From IMG/VR virus record IMGVR_UViG_2875697941_000001: a stretch of DNA of 64,000 nucleotides. One strand, written 5' to 3'. The DNA comes from a virus (lineage: Duplodnaviria; Heunggongvirae; Uroviricota; Caudoviricetes). The translations under genes and the position numbers were made by a program. Each line of letters opens with the position of its first letter. The stretch's first letter is position 1. The notes beneath the pieces are model-generated. The model was not told the DNA's origin. It worked only from the letters and a program-made list of their open reading frames with translations, and searched no databases. Positions 31,091 through 43,356 of the stretch are shown one piece after another.

Positions 31091-34000
31091 TTATGCGTAT
31101 TGTTGGATGACGGCCAGAACGTCCGCCACGTTGTGTTTTGTCTCGATAATCCACCAGTTACCCGGGAAATCGCTGTTCTTCGCCTTCGCTGGCAGCCAGC
31201 GAGCGCCGAATTTCGCCTTGATTGCGTCTTTCGCACGGAAAAGAACGCCTTTCATGCCTGAGGCTTCCTGAAGCCCAAATACCTCGCCAGCGGCGAATTT
31301 CGGTGCGTACATCATCTTCAGGTCGGCGGTGGATACGCGATAATTCAGACCAAGAGACTGAGCTATGCTGGTGGCATCACCCTGTATTGATGATAACTCT
31401 TCTTGTTTCTCGTTTCTGGCGGCAATTTCTTCCTCCGTGATGTTGCCAAGGGCCAGGTTTATCCGATCAGCGTCGGCCTGTTTCTCTTCATCGGTGCGCC
31501 CGGCAAGAACCGTGTTAATTCTCTGCAATATCTCCACATGATTCTTGCGCATGCTGAGCAATTCCGGCGTAACCTCGTTAAGATCCACCAGCCCAAGGAT
31601 GGCAAGGTCGGAAAACATTGATACCAGGTTGTAGGTCATGCGATAGCTGAGTTGGCCATAGGCTGATGGCAACTGCACCGCATCCATTTGATAGGCATCC
31701 ATAAATTTAGAGCCGGCGTTTACGACATCCGCAATTGCAGGTGTGATTTTCCCTGTGGTGGCGGCCTCCCTGATTGCTGTTACCCACGATTGAGTCAGTG
31801 CGGCGACTGCATGATTCAGATTGGCTTCCCGTTCTGCTGCGATGCGCGCGTTTGCTGCGTCCATTGCCTGCTTGATCTCGGCTTTATTGCTGTAAATGCC
31901 AATGGTGCCAAACTGTGCTGTGGTGATCTCATAATCTGACGCCCGGAACTCATGGGTACCGAAAATGGCATTGGTGACCTCAAGTTCAGAATCCCCGTTA
32001 CGAGTAGCCCCCTGGCTTGTTTTCTCCGGCATTTTTGCGATCGCATCCGCTATTTTCTCCTGAATTGCTTCAGGGGATAGCGTATCTCCGTATGACGCGA
32101 TTACATCGCCATAATTGGAGCCAAACAATTCAACCAGGAATGTTTCTGCCGAACGGATCTGGCGGTTATTCCCTTCCGACATCATACCAAGCACCCATTT
32201 TGCAATTGACGACTTCAGCGCGCCGTCACGGCGATCCGGGTAAACCGCATGCTTCAGTGGGTCCGTATAGGTACCAACAAAATCAATGCTATAGCCTGAC
32301 TCTGTAGTCTGAACGCCGTATGAGTCAGTGATTTTGATCATGCCGCGCTGCTGGAAACGGTAGAAATCGTCACAGGAAATGATGTCGTTAATCCCGGCGA
32401 TGGAGACGCCACCACTGATTTTCTGCATAACAGCATCTTCATCGGGAGTTACATCCACCTGTTTATCCAGCGTCTTCACATCCCAGTTACCCGATTTGGT
32501 GCCTCTTAAGGTAAAGATGATCTCCACGTCTGCGCGCTGGCTGTCGAAGTCCAGCGACTTAATGCGAACGATATCACCGGCACAATCGTAGTATTGGCCT
32601 ACACGCCATGAGCGATCGCCGATAACAAGGAACTCATTCGCATGGTTAACCAGATCAGGATCAACATCCAGAATGCCTTTATTTATTGCATCCTCCACCA
32701 GCGGGCGCAGGCGTTTGATATCCGTCGCGGCCTTCTGAGTACGGTTCAATAATTTCTCATAGCGGGAGATGGCCTGAGAGATATTAGCCTTGCGCTGAAT
32801 GGCGCTTTTCAACGACGCGCGATACTGTGCTAACAACATACGGTCTGTGTGATGGACACTCCCCCAGCGGGCCTTCCAGTCTGCGTTATCCGCTGCCTTG
32901 GCCATTGCCGCCTGTTTGAATTTAGCTACCTCGGCGGTGGTCTTTTCAAGTTCCGCTTTGCTTCGCTCTAATTCAGCGGTAAGTACCTCCACATCCTCGC
33001 CAGCTGCGTGCTGCGCCTTGATGTAGTTCTGAAGGTCGATAGTAGCCTGTTCTTTCTGGCGAGCGCGTTTCGCAGCTTTCGCCTTATCCATTTGAACCTG
33101 CATCATTGCCAGACGTTCGCCGTCATCCTTCGCGGTATACATCTGCATTTCGATCATGTCATTGGCGTCGGCGTTCTCCATTTCTGACTTATCTGAACGG
33201 AGGATATCGGAGATCCAGCCTGCTTTACGCTTCAGCGTCTTCAGTCGGTATTCATCGAAAGACCCCTTGCCGCAGTAGTAGTGAACGCGAACGCTTGCAC
33301 GGTTGGAACCAACTCGGGCACCGCGACCGTTACGCTGTGCGATACTGGCTGGTGTCCACGGCAACGTCAGGTGGTGGATATCCGTCGTTCCTCGATGCAG
33401 GTTGATACCCACCTCTGCCTTTTTGTTGCAGATGATGATCGGAGTCCGGCCCTCCTGGAAGTCGGCTGCAATCTTTTCCAGACCGCCCAACGACATTTCA
33501 TTTTGCTGCGCGATATAGGCGTCATACAGAGCCATTTGCTCGTTGTATTTCGCTATCTGTGCATCTGTTGGTTCATCCGGTAGCTCTTTCGGCGGTTTAA
33601 CCGCTTTCAGTTTCTTACCGGTTTTACCTGCCTCGGCAACCGTCTGAGCATTCAGGATCCCCACCTTTGAAGGTTCAAGGTTTAGAGCATTGCAGATAAT
33701 GCGCTTGAGCTTCTGGTGCTGCGTTTTTTCATCGGTGAAGATGATTTGCTTACCTTCCGGGAAAAACTCCTTCAGCGTGGCGATCAGCTTCGCGTATTTG
33801 GGCGTAACGGGGTGAGTTACGGTCTGTTCGTCAATGCCAAACCTGGCCAGGCGCTTATTCACTTCCTGCTCGAACGCTTCCGGAACCTGCAACTGAATAA
33901 ACTCGCCCTTATCTATCAGGGAGTATTGCGATTGCTGCGTGATTGAATCATCACTGTCGTCGTCTTCGCTGGTGGCTTGTTTAGGCAAACTGTCCGCCAG

Positions 34001-37000
34001 CTGCTGCACCGCATCGGCGTACTCCGGCAGGAAACGATAGGTGATCCGGCGATAGTACAGGTCCATGTCAGTACATACGCGGTCCATATCCCTGATTATT
34101 GAGAAGATCGGACGGGCTTTCTCGTGCTCAATCACGCCGTCTTCATTGACCGAGGTCGTTACGCCATTGTTGGCTTTGGCCGCCGCTTCCGCCTGCTGAC
34201 GCAATTCTTCATACGCCGCCAGTTGTTCTTCAGTAAGTGGTGCATCCTGCTGGTGTTCGTCCAGCTCCGGGATCTCCACGGTATCCTTAACGTCTTCCGC
34301 CGTTTTAAGCGTTACCCAGCGATGGAATATACCGCGCAGCGCATCAAGGTTTTCAAAGCCCATCAGCGCCATTTTTTCTTCAACTTCACCGCTAATTTTC
34401 TGTACCGTTTCCAGCCTGGTCTTGCCGAAGAATTTAACGAAGTCATCAGGACCGTAGATCCCCATGTTCTGCCAGTATTCCTTCGGCAGAACATGAGAAA
34501 GCATGTTGTATGCATCGATCGGGGTGTTAACGACTGGCGTTGCAGTCAGGAGAACCGGCCCGCGCCCGCCATTCTTTTTCATCAGGTACGCGTTTTTAAT
34601 TGCCATATCTCGCGCCGATTGCGCCACCGCGCTGGTGGGCAGATAGGCCAGTTGTGACGCTTCGCGACCATTTTTATAGCTATTGCGGTAGTTGTGACCT
34701 TCGTCAGCGATCACACTATCGAAGCCCATATCCTCAAAGTACGGATACTTCTCTGCTTTTTCGGTGCCGGTATCTGAATACTCCGACAATACCCGGCGAC
34801 GCGCGGCCTCTTTGCGGTGGGAGTCGGAGTCCATTGCGCTGGCTACGCGTCCGGCGGCAACGAAGTCATAAAGCATATCCTGTGCATGCTCATCTACGGT
34901 GTCATCACGTAGCGGAATGCGGGCGTATTGTTCTTTGGTAAACACGACTGCACGGTAATTTGAGTGCGGGATCGCGTTCATCCGCGCCGTGATAGTGGCT
35001 TCATCTGCCAGTTTTAGGGCATCGCGCATAACTGGAGTGCCATCAGTACCAAGAACAGGTTTACCGTTCTCATCGAGCACCGGCACCTGGCGAATCTGAT
35101 CGCCATCCATCAGCACATCAAGACCGACGAACAGGTAGTTACTGAATGCCTCTTCACTCAGGAATTCTTTTGCTTCGTAATACCAGTTTTCCAGCACTGA
35201 TTTAGGCACTACATACGCAGTACGGGTGGAGCGACCGTTCTCATAGTTGAACGCCTCAAGCGCCAGCGCGGTCGTGGTTTTACCCAGCCCGGTGCCGAAG
35301 CCCAGGATGCCGCGCCCATCTTCGGACAGTCGGCGCACCTCGCTATTCTGGTAATCAAATGGCTGGCGCTTACCGCTTAATCCCTTCAACCCAAGCGGAT
35401 CGCCAGAGTGTTCATACGGGATATTGCTATTGAACACATCGTTGTATTTGGCAACCAGCTCATCGTAGCGATCGTGCGTCTTGATCCACTTATTGAACTG
35501 GTCCTCAAGCAGTGCCATCTGCTCGCGGTAGCCGTTCGCCGTCGCGCTATCTTTGCCACCGATACGCGCACCATTGAGATACTTTTCCAGCTGTGCCGGG
35601 AACCCGGTCGCGTTTTCACCTGATTTACGGTCCCACTCGTAGCGGATCTCGCCTGTTTCTTTATCCTTACGCTGGACGACACCGTATCGGTGCCCGACGA
35701 ACAGACCATCACCACCGTGATAGGTGTCAGAAACCATTTCGTCGCCTTCCAGCTGCACTGACTGCACATAGCGCAGATCCGGATAGCCGTTTTCCTGCAA
35801 AAATTCCAGAATGACGGAACGGTCGAACCAACGGCTATTGAGCTTAAACCGGATATTCTCTGCTGGCGTCTTGATGCGCTTCTCTTCGATCGCTGCCAGC
35901 TGATTAAGGACGTTGTTCTTTACTGGACCGTCGGGGAGCGTGGCGAGGAATTCCTGTTTTGGAGCCACTATCTCGTTAATGTCGCCGCTGGTGGCGCGGG
36001 CGAACGGAACAATCCCGCCATACGGTGAAACCGCAATGCCAGGGGTGCTGGCCAATAAATTAAGCAACTCGTCATCACTGGCTGGCAGTTCGCCGGTAAA
36101 CGCAAGGCGGAAATCATCGAGCTGGATTGGATCGCGAGTGAGATCACTGTAGAGATAACGCAGGGTGTCCTGATAGCTGGTAGAGTCATAACTGGCGCTG
36201 GAATCATGCGTAACCAGTTTTCCTGTCAGCTCGTCAGAAATAGTGCCATCCAGCTTAATTGCACCACGGAAAGCAAACCAGGCGCGCGCACCGCTCCCCG
36301 ATAATTTCGCTATCGGACCGCGACCGGGGTTACCAAAACGGTCAATCTCTGCCTGCAAACGGGATACCAGAGAAAGGCGCTGCTGTTCGATTTGTTCAGC
36401 ACTATGCCCGGCGGCCTTCATATCCTGATATTCAATTAACATCCGGCCAATCATCGCTCCACGATACAAGCGTTCACGGTATTTTTCAGGCTGGCTGTTA
36501 ATCCAGTCCACCAGCTGCACCATATCGTCGCTGATTGATGTGGTGTACTTATCGCGGACATTTGCCATCTGGGTAAATGTCATACCGAGACGGCCTTCTG
36601 TTGTAGTCAGGTTACGCTGAAGAGCCTCCCAGCTATCCGCGCCATAACTGGCAACCTCAATCTTCAGCTCCTTCCCGGCATCAGCTTCAATCCAGCGACC
36701 ACCAGCATATTTTTGCCATACGCCATTAATCAGGCGCATTTCCCCTTCATCAACAACATCTGCGGTCGGTGACGGTTCAGCCATATCGAGCAAAGACCAG
36801 TCGATACGGCTTTCGAAACGATGAATCAGCTTCGCTTTAAGAGCCTGGTTATCAATCTGACCGTCGGCACGAACCTCAATACGCCCCTGGAAGCCCTTTT
36901 CCTGGGTGCCATGAACAAACCGGCGGCCATCCTTTTCAAACCACTTGCCAGAAATAAACGTTGGCCAAAGCACATTTGCCGATTCAAGAGTGCTCTCATC

Positions 37001-37858
37001 CACCAGGGGGATTTTCTCAGCCATCTCCGCCGGATGTTTGCGCATCAGCACCACGTCAACGACCGTACTGGTCCCGTTTGCGTCAAAAGTACCGGTAGGC
37101 AAGCGGTGGGCACCAAGAAATTCAGCTTTACGGGATAGGCGCAGGCGTAACCGCTTCATGTTTGAACCTGAAACAATGGACGGCGGCACAATCACGCACA
37201 TGAATCCGCCAGGCTTTATCTTGTCCAACATGCGGAGCATGAAGTAAGACCCCATGTCCGTTTCTTCTGCGTAAGGCTTATCGATGTTGCGTGTGTTATC
37301 ACGACCGCCGAACGGAACGTTACCCACAACATGGTCGAATGAATCGTTAGGCGTGCTTACAGCCAGTTGTTCGAACGGGGAAATTTGTACGCTGTCTTCC
37401 GGATGTAACAGCTGGTTTATACGACCGGAAACACTGCTGATCTCAGTCGCGGTCATCACCGTACCAACCGGTTTTGTCTCATTAAAAACGCCGGTTCCCG
37501 CCGATGGTTCCAGAGTGTTACCTACGTCCGCGCCGTAGAGCTTCATGATCTCCCAGACACCTTCAGCGATCGGCTTTGGTGTGTAATATTCGGAGACGGA
37601 CCCGCCAATGCCGCCTTCACCGGTGTACCCAGCCAGGATCTGGCGCTGTTCATCTGTCAGTGTCGCGCCGTCCACCAGCGAATTAAGCAAATCTATCGCC
37701 TTCTGATTCGCCTCACGGCGCAGTCGGTCATAGCTTTTGCCTTCCACCTTTTCCACGCCGTATTTAATCGGCGCTCGGTGAGATGTTATTGCCCTAATGT
37801 ATTTCAATATTTCGCTGACACTTGAACAGCGAAACACTCCCATAGATAGCTTGTTCAT
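31091..37858 (-). CDS. darB: DarB-like giant N6-adenine methyltransferase / SF2 helicase fusion (anti-restriction)
   Basis: 2255 aa; N-terminal SAM motif LEPSAGTGVF and catalytic VGNVPFGG; helicase motif I GFGTGLGKTTTA and motif II DEGHNYRN; size matches P1 DarB. Confidence 0.9.
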   Translation of the reverse strand: MNKLSMGVFRCSSVSEILKYIRAITSHRAPIKYGVEKVEGKSYDRLRREANQKAIDLLNSLVDGATLTDEQRQILAGYTGEGGIGGSVSEYYTPKPIAEGVWEIMKLYGADVGNTLEPSAGTGVFNETKPVGTVMTATEISSVSGRINQLLHPEDSVQISPFEQLAVSTPNDSFDHVVGNVPFGGRDNTRNIDKPYAEETDMGSYFMLRMLDKIKPGGFMCVIVPPSIVSGSNMKRLRLRLSRKAEFLGAHRLPTGTFDANGTSTVVDVVLMRKHPAEMAEKIPLVDESTLESANVLWPTFISGKWFEKDGRRFVHGTQEKGFQGRIEVRADGQIDNQALKAKLIHRFESRIDWSLLDMAEPSPTADVVDEGEMRLINGVWQKYAGGRWIEADAGKELKIEVASYGADSWEALQRNLTTTEGRLGMTFTQMANVRDKYTTSISDDMVQLVDWINSQPEKYRERLYRGAMIGRMLIEYQDMKAAGHSAEQIEQQRLSLVSRLQAEIDRFGNPGRGPIAKLSGSGARAWFAFRGAIKLDGTISDELTGKLVTHDSSASYDSTSYQDTLRYLYSDLTRDPIQLDDFRLAFTGELPASDDELLNLLASTPGIAVSPYGGIVPFARATSGDINEIVAPKQEFLATLPDGPVKNNVLNQLAAIEEKRIKTPAENIRFKLNSRWFDRSVILEFLQENGYPDLRYVQSVQLEGDEMVSDTYHGGDGLFVGHRYGVVQRKDKETGEIRYEWDRKSGENATGFPAQLEKYLNGARIGGKDSATANGYREQMALLEDQFNKWIKTHDRYDELVAKYNDVFNSNIPYEHSGDPLGLKGLSGKRQPFDYQNSEVRRLSEDGRGILGFGTGLGKTTTALALEAFNYENGRSTRTAYVVPKSVLENWYYEAKEFLSEEAFSNYLFVGLDVLMDGDQIRQVPVLDENGKPVLGTDGTPVMRDALKLADEATITARMNAIPHSNYRAVVFTKEQYARIPLRDDTVDEHAQDMLYDFVAAGRVASAMDSDSHRKEAARRRVLSEYSDTGTEKAEKYPYFEDMGFDSVIADEGHNYRNSYKNGREASQLAYLPTSAVAQSARDMAIKNAYLMKKNGGRGPVLLTATPVVNTPIDAYNMLSHVLPKEYWQNMGIYGPDDFVKFFGKTRLETVQKISGEVEEKMALMGFENLDALRGIFHRWVTLKTAEDVKDTVEIPELDEHQQDAPLTEEQLAAYEELRQQAEAAAKANNGVTTSVNEDGVIEHEKARPIFSIIRDMDRVCTDMDLYYRRITYRFLPEYADAVQQLADSLPKQATSEDDDSDDSITQQSQYSLIDKGEFIQLQVPEAFEQEVNKRLARFGIDEQTVTHPVTPKYAKLIATLKEFFPEGKQIIFTDEKTQHQKLKRIICNALNLEPSKVGILNAQTVAEAGKTGKKLKAVKPPKELPDEPTDAQIAKYNEQMALYDAYIAQQNEMSLGGLEKIAADFQEGRTPIIICNKKAEVGINLHRGTTDIHHLTLPWTPASIAQRNGRGARVGSNRASVRVHYYCGKGSFDEYRLKTLKRKAGWISDILRSDKSEMENADANDMIEMQMYTAKDDGERLAMMQVQMDKAKAAKRARQKEQATIDLQNYIKAQHAAGEDVEVLTAELERSKAELEKTTAEVAKFKQAAMAKAADNADWKARWGSVHHTDRMLLAQYRASLKSAIQRKANISQAISRYEKLLNRTQKAATDIKRLRPLVEDAINKGILDVDPDLVNHANEFLVIGDRSWRVGQYYDCAGDIVRIKSLDFDSQRADVEIIFTLRGTKSGNWDVKTLDKQVDVTPDEDAVMQKISGGVSIAGINDIISCDDFYRFQQRGMIKITDSYGVQTTESGYSIDFVGTYTDPLKHAVYPDRRDGALKSSIAKWVLGMMSEGNNRQIRSAETFLVELFGSNYGDVIASYGDTLSPEAIQEKIADAIAKMPEKTSQGATRNGDSELEVTNAIFGTHEFRASDYEITTAQFGTIGIYSNKAEIKQAMDAANARIAAEREANLNHAVAALTQSWVTAIREAATTGKITPAIADVVNAGSKFMDAYQMDAVQLPSAYGQLSYRMTYNLVSMFSDLAILGLVDLNEVTPELLSMRKNHVEILQRINTVLAGRTDEEKQADADRINLALGNITEEEIAARNEKQEELSSIQGDATSIAQSLGLNYRVSTADLKMMYAPKFAAGEVFGLQEASGMKGVLFRAKDAIKAKFGARWLPAKAKNSDFPGNWWIIETKHNVADVLAVIQQYA

Positions 37859-37925
37859 TGGTAATCCTTAACAAGTGACTAGTGTTAAATTTCCGTTCAA
37901 ACACGATACGAATTATTCTAATTAA

Positions 37926-40656
<2,731 letters not shown>

Positions 40657-40668
40657 CCACCAAAAATA

Positions 40669-40688
40669 ACCCCGGCGAGTGCCGGGGT
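40669..40688. terminator. bidirectional intrinsic terminator between convergent pro and lysis genes
   Basis: ACCCCGGC-GAGT-GCCGGGGT hairpin; U-tract on minus-strand side (CAAAAATA upstream), TCTCGTT on plus side. Confidence 0.55.
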
Positions 40689-40700
40689 TCTCGTTAACTA

Positions 40701-40955
40701 TTATCGACTTCGCCTGCGTGCCATATATTTGCGCACCGCGCGGCGTGGACAATCTGAAGCGGTTTCTTTCTGCTGCATCAATCTCGCGGCCATGCTCAAA
40801 AATGTCAGGCACAGCCGAAGCCCGGCATACAATAGCGGTTCCAGTGGCCACGTTTCATTAAGCACATATACCGCCATGAAAATCGAGTCGAAAACTATCG
40901 CTGCCAGCGATAACTTCATTGTCGAAAGTCTGCGGAGCTGCCGGAGTTTATTCAT
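40701..40955 (-). CDS. small membrane protein downstream of lysozyme (holin/spanin-like?)
   Basis: 84-aa ORF, hydrophobic segment SLAAIVFDSIFMAVYVL, overlaps lyz stop. Confidence 0.4.
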   Translation of the reverse strand: MNKLRQLRRLSTMKLSLAAIVFDSIFMAVYVLNETWPLEPLLYAGLRLCLTFLSMAARLMQQKETASDCPRRAVRKYMARRRSR

Positions 40956-41505
40956 TGACCAGTCCCGTCAGGCAAAGCTGGCGTTCTTTTTCACGGCGAA
41001 TCTTTAAACCTCGCAGGGGCACGCCGTTACTGTTCACAAAATCAGGGAGATGGTTACACATATTCACCCATTCCCCTTTCTGCGCCCACTTGTGGATGGA
41101 CGTTTCGACTCGCATGCCTCGCGCTTTGCTGTAGTAGGTCCGTAAGCTATTGCATCCCATATTGAATGCCGCGCTTGTCATTGCACTAAAGGCATTATCG
41201 GGCATGTCTTTGCCCCGGAAGTGCTGATTAATACAGCGTTCAGCGATCAGGATATTCTTTTCCCAATCAGCGGCGATTTGCTGGTCGGTTTTTCGCACAC
41301 CCGGCGTTACCCCGTGTGTATTACCGATCCCGTCAGTCCATACCCCCGCCGGGCACATGTATGGATCACGTCGGCAACCTTCAGCGTTACCAATCAGCTC
41401 AAGCCCCGCCTGGTTGGTTCGCACATTGCCATTACCCATTACGATGGTAATCATCACCGCGATAGCGCAAATTGCACCGCCTCCTGCGGCTGTTTTTCCC
41501 TTCAT
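40948..41505 (-). CDS. lyz: SAR-endolysin (T4-lysozyme-like, GH24)
   Basis: N-terminal signal-anchor GGGAICAIAVMITIVMG then E-x8-D/C-x5-T catalytic triad context (LELIGNAEGCRRDPYMCPAGVWTDGIG); recognised as P1 Lyz. Confidence 0.9.
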   Translation of the reverse strand: MKGKTAAGGGAICAIAVMITIVMGNGNVRTNQAGLELIGNAEGCRRDPYMCPAGVWTDGIGNTHGVTPGVRKTDQQIAADWEKNILIAERCINQHFRGKDMPDNAFSAMTSAAFNMGCNSLRTYYSKARGMRVETSIHKWAQKGEWVNMCNHLPDFVNSNGVPLRGLKIRREKERQLCLTGLVNE

Positions 41506-41637
41506 AAAGACCTCATAAGCGAATTTTTACGCTCCAGGACAAACACCCATTCACAGCCAATACCGACTGACTCGATCCCTTTAGAAGGCACAGGATAATG
41601 CAAATCACTTGTTAGCTACGTTTCAAAGATATACATT

Positions 41638-41654
41638 ATTGCTCTAATCATTTT
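41638..41654 (+). promoter_or_regulatory. C1 repressor operator upstream of ssb
   Basis: ATTGCTCTAATCATTTT, 19 nt upstream of ssb GTG. Confidence 0.6.
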
Positions 41655-41673
41655 ATTTTATTAGGTAAGATAA

Positions 41674-42162
41674 GTGGCACAACGCGGTGTAAACAAAGTC
41701 ATCCTGATTGGTACCCTGGGGCAAGACCCGGAGATCAGGTATATACCAAATGGCGGAGCGGTCGGAAGACTAAGCATCGCAACAAATGAATCATGGCGCG
41801 ACAAGCAAACGGGCCAACAGAAAGAGCAAACAGAATGGCATAGAGTCGTTTTGTTCGGGAAACTTGCTGAAATTGCGAGTGAGTATTTACGAAAAGGTTC
41901 TCAGGTCTACATCGAAGGGAAACTTAAAACCCGTAAGTGGACAGATGACGCCGGTGTAGAACGTTACACGACGGAAATTATCGTCAGCCAGGGCGGCACC
42001 ATGCAAATGATCGGCGCTCGCCGTGACGATTCACAGTCCTCAAATGGCTGGGGGCAATCGAACCAACCTCAAAACCACCAGCAATACAGTGGTGGCGGTA
42101 AACCTCAGAGCAACGCCAATAACGAACCTCCAATGGACTTTGACGACGATATTCCGTTTTAG
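41674..42162 (+). CDS. ssb: single-stranded DNA-binding protein
   Basis: OB-fold N-domain ([20 protein letters not shown]...[12 protein letters not shown]), Gly/Gln-rich linker, acidic tip DFDDDIPF. Confidence 0.92.
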   Translation: MAQRGVNKVILIGTLGQDPEIRYIPNGGAVGRLSIATNESWRDKQTGQQKEQTEWHRVVLFGKLAEIASEYLRKGSQVYIEGKLKTRKWTDDAGVERYTTEIIVSQGGTMQMIGARRDDSQSSNGWGQSNQPQNHQQYSGGGKPQSNANNEPPMDFDDDIPF

Positions 42163-42364
42163 AGTTTATGAGTAAAAAACGACTGAAAGAAAAGCGGTGG
42201 TCAAGACGCCGACAAAAGCACGAACTCGCAAACAAACGCCAAAGTTGGCAATGGCACGCGCTTTTAACGAATAGAACACCCCGAGATATTGCTTTCGCTG
42301 GTGGGAAAACATTCCTAACCAACCTGAAGGCGCAATACATCAGTTTTTAAGCAGAGAAAAGACT

Positions 42365-43159
42365 ATGACAGCACAAAATACTAAAACCATTCAATACCGC
42401 CTGCGTAATGGCCAGAGTGTAGAAGTGACCATCAATAATGATGGTGTACCTGGCGAAAAGGTTTCTATCTCTGATCTGGCTATCGAAAAAACCATCATGT
42501 GCCACCTTGGCTTTACTGAAGAAGTGAGCAAAAAGCATGGTGTAGCTATCTGGCGCACAATGGATACTGGCATGCGCAGATTCATTACTGCTCGTACCCC
42601 TGGTATGACCATGATGGACCTCATACAGATTGCGCCGCTGTTTGAGTGTGAACCTTTGGATGTATTCAGCAATCCAGCTATCTGCCAGCAGTTATATGGT
42701 GAGATGAAACTCGCGGTTACCCCCATTGTGCTGCATGAAGGATCGCTTGCTGGCGTATGGAAAGTAGAGCGAATTTCAAGCTACATGCCATTCCACATCC
42801 ATGTCAACGGCGTAATCGCAGGTGAAAATCAACCTGTTTCCGTTATAAAGTCAGACCTCAATCGCGCAATTCTTGAAGCAAGTTGTCGAGTTATCGGCCT
42901 GGGCAAACAGTCTTATGTTTCCTTCCCGGCTGGTCCTGAAGGCCCGGCAGAAATTCTGATTATGGATGCTGATCTGCTCTGGCAAATACAGTTTCTGATT
43001 GGCAAAAGCATCATCCGTGCTGAAGAACTCGATCAGTACATTACCTGCACGATGACGGATGAAGTCAAAAGTGTGGCTATAGCCAATGCCCGGAACCTGT
43101 GTCGTGCTGCATTAACAGAACCGCAAGAAAACATTCCAGAAGAAACAGAAAGTGACTAA
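42365..43159 (+). CDS. hypothetical protein (264 aa)
   Basis: ORF with RBS-like AGAGAAAAGACT leader; no motif recognised; immediately upstream of HipA-like gene. Confidence 0.55.
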   Translation: MTAQNTKTIQYRLRNGQSVEVTINNDGVPGEKVSISDLAIEKTIMCHLGFTEEVSKKHGVAIWRTMDTGMRRFITARTPGMTMMDLIQIAPLFECEPLDVFSNPAICQQLYGEMKLAVTPIVLHEGSLAGVWKVERISSYMPFHIHVNGVIAGENQPVSVIKSDLNRAILEASCRVIGLGKQSYVSFPAGPEGPAEILIMDADLLWQIQFLIGKSIIRAEELDQYITCTMTDEVKSVAIANARNLCRAALTEPQENIPEETESD

Positions 43160-43356
43160 TAAAAACCCCGTCAGTTGGCGGGGAACTCCACGTCAAATGG
43201 CCAATTGTTATGTCAGCTAGCAGTTAAAGCGCCTAGTCATCATCTTTTAAAGAAGTCTTTTTAACTTACCTAAATTAGTGACACCTCCCGTTTTGCTTGC
43301 TATTGTACGCATTCATGAATCTATTCATTAATCTATTCACAATAGTAATTAAAACT

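Noticed and set aside
31222-37538. Numerous 60-180-aa ORFs on the plus strand inside darB (for example 34124-34657)
   Set aside because: Fully embedded antisense to a 2255-aa gene with strong helicase and MTase motifs; shadow ORFs. The same applies to antisense ORFs inside S (54843-55445, 56086-56469), sit and the dar-type genes.
37874-37892. AGTGACTAGTG palindrome-like element in the darB/prt divergent region as an Lpa-dependent late promoter
   Set aside because: I could not recall the late-promoter consensus well enough and found no convincing second copy upstream of other late operons; left unannotated.
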